Origin: Hormiphora californensis
Lineage: Eukaryota; Animalia; Ctenophora
Assembly (NCBI GenBank): GCA_020137815.1
Contig: CM035360.1
Span: 6,076,001 to 6,140,000, forward strand
Direction: 5' to 3'
Length of the DNA stretch: 64,000 nucleotides
The notes under the pieces are model-generated. The model worked only from the letters and a program-made list of their open reading frames with translations, ran no database searches and was not told the DNA's origin. Every line of letters begins with the position of its first letter. Position 1 is the first letter of the stretch. This document shows, one piece after another, positions 1-9,431 of the stretch. Made by a program: the position numbers and the translations under genes.

Positions 1-255
1 ATGAACAGTAATAAGGGATGATGATGATGACTCTGTCTGAGCATCAGTTTGTTTATGTGGATTAATTCAAGAATCTAGACATGGTTCCCAAGAGTTGCCG
101 CGGACACAAATAACTGATATTTTGGTGGCGTAAAAAAGGTTGTCATATTGATACACAAACATTCAGATACACAACATTCACATTCACAAAGATTGTTACG
201 GTATTCTGGCTAAGAGTTTTCTCAATTAAAAGTCCAGCTTTCGACCCAAAGTTTA

Positions 256-3200
256 TTATTTTAGTTTAACCGTTATCGTGTGCCATGCATTGCTAAGGCA
301 GCCCCGTAGATTCCAGATATTTCGAACTTTTTCAGGTTGTCGGTTGTAATTTGCATCCACCGCACAACACGTCACCTTCACTTCATCACCAGGGTTCACT
401 CCCTCTGGTAGGGGCACTTCAATCTGAAATAGAGAGAGAGTTGTTATGTTCTAACCCTCCCTTTACATTTGTAAACACAGTCTAGCGGTCTAGCTAGGCA
501 AAGAGTTGGAGTGAACAATTACAAAGTAGGTAATATGAATATTTAATTGTTTGATAGGGGTAATTCCTGTGTGAAACCAATGTTATTGTTTGATCTATCC
601 CTTGTTTTATCTATTAAATTATCCAGAAACTTATGTGAGTGTGTTTGTATAAGAAACATAAACGTGGCCTATTATGGCGCCAGCACAAAAACCGGTAATG
701 CAATGGATAAACCGGATACAGCCGCATATGCAGGAAAATTATCCCACGGTATACGACTTCTGCGCGCTGGTCTCTATTCAGTGTGTATCGCGCGTTACGT
801 TTATGCGATGGAGTTTCAAACTTTTCAACACTACTTTAAACAAATTAATTTGAGATCTCTTCCAACCCGGCCCTCGCGGTCGGCTAGGTATAGTCATGAC
901 GAAAAGAACGAAGAAGAGAACGACGAAGATCACCGTTCCCCCTTCCTCGTCATCGGATTCATGCCCAACATGTAACATCCACTGGGACGATGAAGACGAC
1001 ATCCCCTGTGTGGCTTGTGACAATTGTAACACGTGGTTTCACATCAGATGTGTCGGTATCCCCGATCATTCTTTCTCAAACCTCTCTGAGTCCACCAAAT
1101 GGTACTGTGCTCGCTGTCTTAGAATCCCAGATATTGTACCCGCTACCCCCCTCAAGGCATCATGGGGAAAGCTGTCAGGTCCAGCTCTATCAAACTCTTT
1201 GTTCAGCATCCACTCCAAAATCTCTTCTTTCCGGCCAAACCTTTTCAAACTACCTTCTGGCAAAGCTGGTAAAATGTTTGTAAGTGAGGCTACGAGACTC
1301 GTCAGTGAATGGACTTCTTCTTCCCCCCTCGAGAGTGTTGCACTGACTGCACTACACCTCATGGGTCCTCTTCTTCTTCAAAACCCGGGGCGTAAATCAA
1401 AAACATCTGAGCAATCTGCTGCCCTTCTCCGTCGATTTCTCCTTTGGCAGACGGGAGATTTCGATGCTCTTTTGTCGGAATGCACTGTTATTCAATCCAG
1501 GTTACCCAAGTCCACCGCTGCCGACAATAGGAAAGGTTTTGTTCGGATGATGTTTATCGGGAGAGTAGGGGCTGCTATGAGACTTCTTAGTGCCACTCCA
1601 TCGGCTGCCCTAGAGATAACTCCAGCAGTGGTGAAAGACCTAAAGGAGAAACACCCAGAGGCAGCTCCTCTAAACCCTGACCACGTCATTTCTACCGACG
1701 TACCCCCTTCTTTTGAGCCTGCCATATTTTTCAATCTTAATGCTGACAGCATCAAACGAGCTGCAGCAGCCACGAAAGGCGGTGCTGGACCCAGTGGGAT
1801 GTCAGACCATCTATGGGCCCGTATGTTGTGCAGTAAAGCATTCGGAAAATCATCGGAGTCCCTTGCCCATGAAGTGGCTCTGATGACTAGAAGACTGTGT
1901 ACAGTGTACGTTGACCCTATCTCGCTGAGTGCACTACTATCGTGTAAACTGATCGCTCTAGACAAGAATCCGGGTGTCCGTCCTATTGGTGTAGGTGAGG
2001 TTCTACGTCGGATTATTGGCCGTTCTGTTTCCCAACACCTGAAACCAGAAATCATCCAAGCTGCTGGCCCTCTTCAACTCGCTGCTGGCCAACAGGGTGG
2101 AGCCGAAGCGGCGGTGCACTCAATGAGAGCTTTCTTTGACGATGAGAACGCAGAGGCGGTACTATTGGCTGATGCTCGTAATGCCTTCAATGTTCTGAAT
2201 CGTCGGAATGCATTGGTGAACATTCAGTATCTTTGTCCTGCTCTTTCTATCTTCGCCATAAACCTCTACCGCTCTCCTGTCCGTCTTTACCTCTCCGATG
2301 GCTCTTTCATCCTGTCATCTGAGGGAACCACCCAAGGCTGCAACATCGCCTCTCCCCTTTATTGTATAAGTCTTCGTCCTTTGGTGGATAAACTTTCAAC
2401 CACTTCCCCAAATCAAATTTTCTATGCTGACGATGGAGCAGCTGTTGGCTCCCTTCTCGGTGTTAGGGAATGGTGGGACTCCCTTGTTGCAAATGGTCCT
2501 GGCTATGGCTACTTTCCCCGTCCTGATAAATCAGTGTTGATCGTAAAACCCGAACATATGGAGGAGGCCAAAACGATTTTCATTGACACTGACGTCATCA
2601 TCAAATCAGACGGTCATCGCTATCTTGGGGCACCTTTAGGTACAACAGAATATCAGCAAATGTATATCTCCAAGAAAATTGAGGAATGGGTCTCAGATAT
2701 ACAGAACATCTCCAAAATTGCTGAAACAGAGCCTCACGCGGCTTATTCGGGTTACTGCATGGGTCTATCAAAACGTTGGCTTTTTCTCATGCGAACAACA
2801 CCCAACACAGCCGAGCTCTTTGCCCCCTTGGAATCAGCCATAACCTCCTTGTTGCTACCTTCTATCCTACGCAACCACTTCAGCCCATTACACCGAGAGC
2901 TCTTTTCCCTCCCATGCAGACAGGGTGGCCTTGGAATAAACAACCCCTGTGAGATCGCCGAACTTGAGCACCAACGATCTCTTGTCGCAACTGCACCGCT
3001 CTCTCAAATCATCACCGAACAGAAAACAAATATTGACGATGAGAGAGCAGTGCTAGTTGCCAAGAGATTGAAGGCTGCCAAACAGGAGGTCCTACACTCT
3101 AAGCTTGAAGTGCAGAAGAAACGCCTTGCCGAGGTTGCCGAGAAACTAACACCATCTCAACGGCGGCTTCATGAAGAGCTATGTAGGCGAGGTTCCTCAA

Positions 3201-6200
3201 CCTGGCTAACCACTCTACCTTTGGAGGAACACGGTTTTGTCCTGAACAAATTAGAGTTTAGAGACGCTCTGTCTCTGAGATATGACCTTCCTCTCCACGA
3301 ATTCCCCAACCACTGTGCATGTGGCAAACTAAACTCGATCGAACACAGTCTAAGCTGCTCTCGTGGAGGTTATGTCAACCTTAGACACAATCAGATGCGT
3401 GATCTCACTGCGAACCTCTTAGCTGAGGCTGGGCTTCCACTAACTGGAGAGGAGTTCAAATACCGTTCCGCCATCACCACCGAAGAGGCTCGATTAGATG
3501 TCTCAGCACGTGACCTCTGGTCTCCTATGGCAAAGCTATTCCTTGATTTCCGCGTCTTTAACTCTCGAGCCCCCACCAATCAATCTCTTCCTATTACCAA
3601 GGCTCTCAAGAAACACGAGGATGAGAAGAAGCGAGCATATGGTGAACGTGTCTTGCAGGTCGAAAAAAGTTCCTTCACACCGGTTGTCTTCTCGACATCA
3701 GGAATTATGGGCGATGAAGCAGACAAGTTCTATAAGAAGCTTGCTTCTAAACTTTCCGATAAAACGAAACAATCCTATCCCGACTCTATCCGGTACATTA
3801 GGCAACGATTATCATTCTGCCTCTTGAGGACACTTGTGATCAGTCTAAGGGGTCACCGTGGCACTAGCCCAAAACGTTTCAGCGACAGGAATGATATTAA
3901 CATTTTATACATGATTAAAAACAATTCGAATTAATTTATTATATCCATTTTATGTACAGATAACCTTGATTTCTATATCCATTTTACTAATTGAACCGGT
4001 ACCCCGGCTTTTGCAAAAAAATTTATGCGATGGAGAACCTTCTCTGAAACATATCAGAGCATTTGGGTTCGGTGATCCCTTCTCAACATTGACCCAGTTC
4101 ATTGTACAAGACAGTGCTGGCTTGGGTCCAAGAACGGCCCACCAATCCCCCTGTCAAGCTAGCACGTGCTAGAAGTGTGCCAAATCTGGTCAGTTACCAT
4201 GGCTACCAGGAGGTCTATATAAACCCGGTCACCACGTGCAGATTCTTTGTCCGTTTACTGCTATTGATTTGCTGTTGTTTTCACACCGCACGTCAAGTTC
4301 CGTAAACTATGATTTCTCCTGTAGAAATCTGTCTTCTCTTCGTCGGCATCCTCGTCCTTGTGGCGTTGTCTACGATACTTGCCGGCCTTCACGCTTTTGC
4401 GAGGAGGCTCAGTTCTCTGGAGGCGTCTGTTCAGGGTGTCTCTGTTGACCTTGCTTCTTCGGGAGCTCGCGTCACTGACAACTTGACAGTACTGAAGTGG
4501 GGAGTCATTCACGTGGCAGACCAGATCAAGAGACACCAGACAGACTGCAAGGCCCACAGTCTAGCTGCACTGGTGAAACTCCTAGAGGCACTCGTGCGTG
4601 AGCACGTAACGTCTCGGGAGCTAATCAGGAACGCTCAGGCGCAATCCTGGCTGGCAATTTCCCAGGTCGTAGACCGGGCAGCACGGAGGATAGCTGGCCA
4701 GTCAGGTAATTCCTCTACCGTTGAGGTCCAGACGGATGTCGAGCTCGGTCTTGTACCGGGCAAGGACGCACCCGTCCCCTCAGCGGATTCCGTTATCCTT
4801 CAGATGGAGTAAGCCTTTAGTGAGACGTGTGTGCTCCGGCTCTCCATCATGTCTGGTTCTCTTGGTCTCAATGCCCCGTGACTGACTATCCTGCTTCAAC
4901 CTCCAGAGATTCTACTGGCAAGTAGGCCAATTGACGAAGAAAGACCTTTTGCTGTTTATCAGCGGTTCCCGGGTCCTCTCACTCTGACTCCTATTCTGCC
5001 TGGCAAGCAGGATACGGGGAAGGCGTGAGGGGGTTCGGGTTCCCAGAGGGGGGAGTCACTGTGCAATTGCCAGGCGATATCTGACCTCCTTTATTGGAGG
5101 TCAGATAACGCCTAACAATTGCATAGTGACTCTTCGTACCAGCGATGGCCACACAAACTTCTTGTGTGATCATCGTCCCTCTGCCGTGAGCCTGGTTGGT
5201 TGATGGCTCCGTGGGTACGGTCAATCCCACAAAACCCTATATCCCAATAGATCCTTGTAGACCAATAGATCAAGTCAAGTCAAGTCAAGTCAAGTCAAGT
5301 CAAGTCAAGTCAAGTCAAGTCAAGTCAAGTCAAGTCAAGTCAAGTCAAGTCAAGTCAAGTCAAGTCAAGATTAAGTCAAATCAAGTCAAGTCAAGTCATG
5401 ACGATGAAACGGGAACAAGATAAAAACATATGGCATCAAAACCATTGTACTCGAAGATCAGAACATCAAAAGTCAAGGATACCAAAAGTCGAGAACATCA
5501 AAAGACAGCACAATACATCAAGACAGTACAGATAAAGACCACAAGACAGTGTGAACATTTACTTGTACATTTTGCTTCTTTTCGTTTATGAAAAAAGTGT
5601 CTGATATCTTTGTCTACTCTCTAAATTTAAAAGGTGGTTACTCTACTCTACAATAACTGGTCATCATGGACCACATCACCACCAGATTCTGGTCCTGGTT
5701 GTGTTTTGGATCACGTCCCAACTCACCTTCCAGATGGACCAGGACCAGGTCCTGTTTAGCGGAGACTCCTCGTCCTGTATTAGTTCTGCTGTGTGCCATG
5801 TGTCACCCCCATCCAGAGTTACATCCACCCTTATCACCTAGTGGAGGAGTTGTATGAGAGAGTTGTAAAAGATGTGGAATTGGGGAATCAGGAATGGGGA
5901 GATCACGACGGAAACTATCCTACTTTATGTTTATAGTCACTACCCGGTTCTCAGTGTGCAGCACTATAACAGTTGGTTTGGATGAACAGCGAACAATACA
6001 AGGGCTAACATTGTGTTATACACTATCTGTGCAGTGTTATAGTCCGTGGGGGTGGAATATGGATACAATGAGTTTTACCTTGGCGCCTGCCCCACTATAA
6101 GCGTATCCTCTAAGAGGTATCTTGTTCCCAGGTAACACCGTTACAGTATCTTCATTAAGCGGGTCACACACCTGGCAAGGGATCGATGCAGTATTAGGGA

Positions 6201-9026
6201 CACAGGATAAAGTAATATTGAAAACAAGAAAATTACATAGTACTAAAGAGGAACAATTGAGTCGTATACACGACACAAAAGATAGGGACAAAACTATCAC
6301 AAATCTGCTCAGTTTTACCATGCTATTAATTGGTTGATTCTGGATTGAAACTGCAGTTTTGTTGTCAAAATCCACGTTGTGCCAGTCAATACTCGGGTTG
6401 AACCCTGTAGCAGGAAGAGAGGTGTTGCTCAGAAAGAGAGGTGTCACAGTTCACAAACTGGAACAAGAAACATCACAATGAGGGAGAACTTTAAAAATAC
6501 CAATTTCTAAATTCAATATTTCTAGTACCTACCTTTGTAATCTCTCCGCTGCCAATGACTGTGACTCTCCTCGTGGCTGATAGTCATGTTGCCCACCCAT
6601 TTGACGTTCCTTGCACCCACTACACCAGGTGCCACTAATCGCACTGGATATCCGTGATCCCGGGGCAGAGTCTCACCTGAAATTGGGGGGTGTCAGGCCA
6701 TTGACCACTGTAATTCTCACTCAATGCTCTGACCACTGTAATTCTCACTCAATGCTCTAACCACTGTTCTCAGTTCTCACTCAATACTCTAACCACTGAC
6801 CACTGTAATTCTCACTCAATGCTCTGACAGAGGTGGGTTCTTGGAAGAGGAGGAGAAGTGTAGATTAACAAGGAGGGTGACACATGTCTACCAATAGCAG
6901 GTGGCCGGTGGGTAGAGGAATTTGAATGGAATGATGGTTGGCTATGAATTATAATTGGATAATGTTTTTTGGAAGTTATCTACTCGTAGATTTAGAATTG
7001 CTAACCTACCGTTCATGGTCAGCGCTAAGATAACATCTTGTCGTGGATCCATTGCTTTTTCTATCAGTATTGAAGCACCGTAGGGTGTTCCATCAGGACC
7101 AAAATCTAGACCTGGAGAGTTAGGTTTTAGTGACTTTATCTTGTTACATGAAGATCTAGGTATTATTGAGTACATCATGTTTGTTGTTAGAACAAAGTCT
7201 CCCAGATGTCCAACAAATGTACATATAACTGCACTGTGAGCAGCTTCTAACGATCTCGGGCGGTAGGAGGAGGAAGGAAAATGGGAATAAGATAGAGAGA
7301 AGAGTTATACGGTTTACTTTACACAATTCGATAATGCGTTTGTTTCTGTTATTCTGCTGCTGCTTCATCGGTGGTTCAGGGATTTCCGCCTCCCGACGTA
7401 AGCGGATTCTAAACAATCCTATAGATAACTTATCGGGAACTATGACAAGCACACCACCTAAGACCAGAGCAAACTCTTCACCTACCATTGCACCGGAAAC
7501 CACCCCAGATAATAGTGTCGTTACTAATTTTCAATACAAAGGCCAACGAAATGCACATCCATGCACATCTGATTCAAAATCATGGAGGTGTAAGTTTGAA
7601 AGCTGTAAGAATCAACTGGAAGCTCACCAAAGTAACTCAACAATAGGGTCAAATGCAACCTCAACACCTCCATTTTCAACGGAGCAGCAAAGCACAAACT
7701 GGAGCAGCTATGAGGTACAAAACAAATCACAAAGCAACTGCAGCAGCTGTACTTCATTGAAGGTCCTGGTGGGTATTCTGCTTGTTATTGTCGTTACCCT
7801 TACAATCGGTATAATTGTACTACTACGACTTCAGATCATCAACCTACAAACCAATCAGTCCCAGTTGGAAGTCCATAACACAGTCCAGCAATCGGAGGGG
7901 TGCTATGAAACACTACCTATCCCAGCAGCAGGAGTCGGAGAGCAGCATTCCAATCTACAAGTGGGCCCTACTACTAGTACAGCAGCAGCTGACCAAGAGG
8001 AGGACTGCTATGCTACCTTACCAGAAGGTTGTTACGAGTGTCTACCTGGTCTACCTGGGCTACAGCTGGATGTGAAGGAAGATTGCTATGATACATTGAA
8101 CTTCTCCAACAATTCCAGACCACCCCTGGTTACCATAGCAACCACCCAGGTTACCATAGCAGCAAGACCACCCCCATCCCAACGTGACGTTTCGCCCTGG
8201 TGTGGTGGAGGAGGAGGAGTGAGTCACAGAGAGTCTCTAAACAAGGCACCTGGAGGCTCTGGAGAGAACATGGAGGGGTACTCAACAGGAAGACACCTTT
8301 ACAATCACTGCCCAGAGGATACCGCATGTTATGAGATGGGATTAGTTATTGAGAACCCGTGTACAGAGAGTGAAATAATCGAAATAGCAAGTGGAGTAGA
8401 GAGGGTTCACGCTGGTGAAGAGGAGGAGGAGGAGGAGGGTCATTATGAAGTGCCAGACATGGAGGATTAGTTGGCATACGAAGGTCGAAGGAGAACTTGA
8501 CAATTGAGGAATTTGAAAAATTTTAAAGAACAGTAACTAACAGTGTTAAACAGTGAACTGTAGTAGGATTAGAAGTTTTTGGATCACTATGTATATATTT
8601 TTCATTATCTTCAAGAAGTATGACAGTATAACAGACCTATAACTACCTATGATATAACCTGAGAAAGGTATTCAACTCACCATCCACCCAAACATGTTTT
8701 GCCTCTGGGTATTTCTCCTCGCTCCACCCGTAGTGTTTCAGAACATCACACAGCCGGGGTCCAGACCACACGGCATTACTAATAGCTGCCCCTCCCCAGT
8801 TCATACCCCGTACTGGTTTGTGCTGAGGATGGGATCAATTAGGGGAATGGGGGTCAGTGGGGATGAGGATCAAGGGGGATTACACAACTAACCTGTAACA
8901 TGTCTGCTCGTCTGTTTCCAGCACACTGAATGGAGACAGTAACGGTGTGTTGTTCAAACTTAGTTTTTAGATCTTCCAAGGATAAGGTCACTCCATCCTC
9001 TCCCATTCCCATGCCATCGATCTGGT

Positions 9027-9093
<67 letters not shown>

Positions 9094-9115
9094 GAAGAGA
9101 GAGAGAGAGAGGAAT

Positions 9116-9149
<34 letters not shown>

Positions 9150-9217
9150 CGAGAGATGCTATCTCGATAGAGCTCTATCTCTCGCTCGCGATCGCCTTCG
9201 CTCTCTCTCTCTTACTC

Positions 9218-9251
<34 letters not shown>

Positions 9252-9253
9252 AT

Positions 9254-9335
<82 letters not shown>

Positions 9336-9395
9336 CTCTCTCTCTCTCTCATCTCTCTCTGCTCTTTTCTCTCTCCTCTCTCTCTCCTCTCTCTA

Positions 9396-9431
<36 letters not shown>

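Larger units (their letters stand above)
811..4021 (+). mobile_element. Full-length CRE-clade (RLE-type) non-LTR retrotransposon in the last SUOX intron
   Basis: Starts at SL and ends in A7 (4015-4021). Flanked by direct repeat TTTATGCGATG(GAG) at 800-810(813) and 4022-4032(4035). Single long ORF. Confidence 0.93.

Noticed and set aside
811-900. SL RNA gene
   Set aside because: None of the three SL copies is followed by a GT donor or an SL intron with an Sm site.
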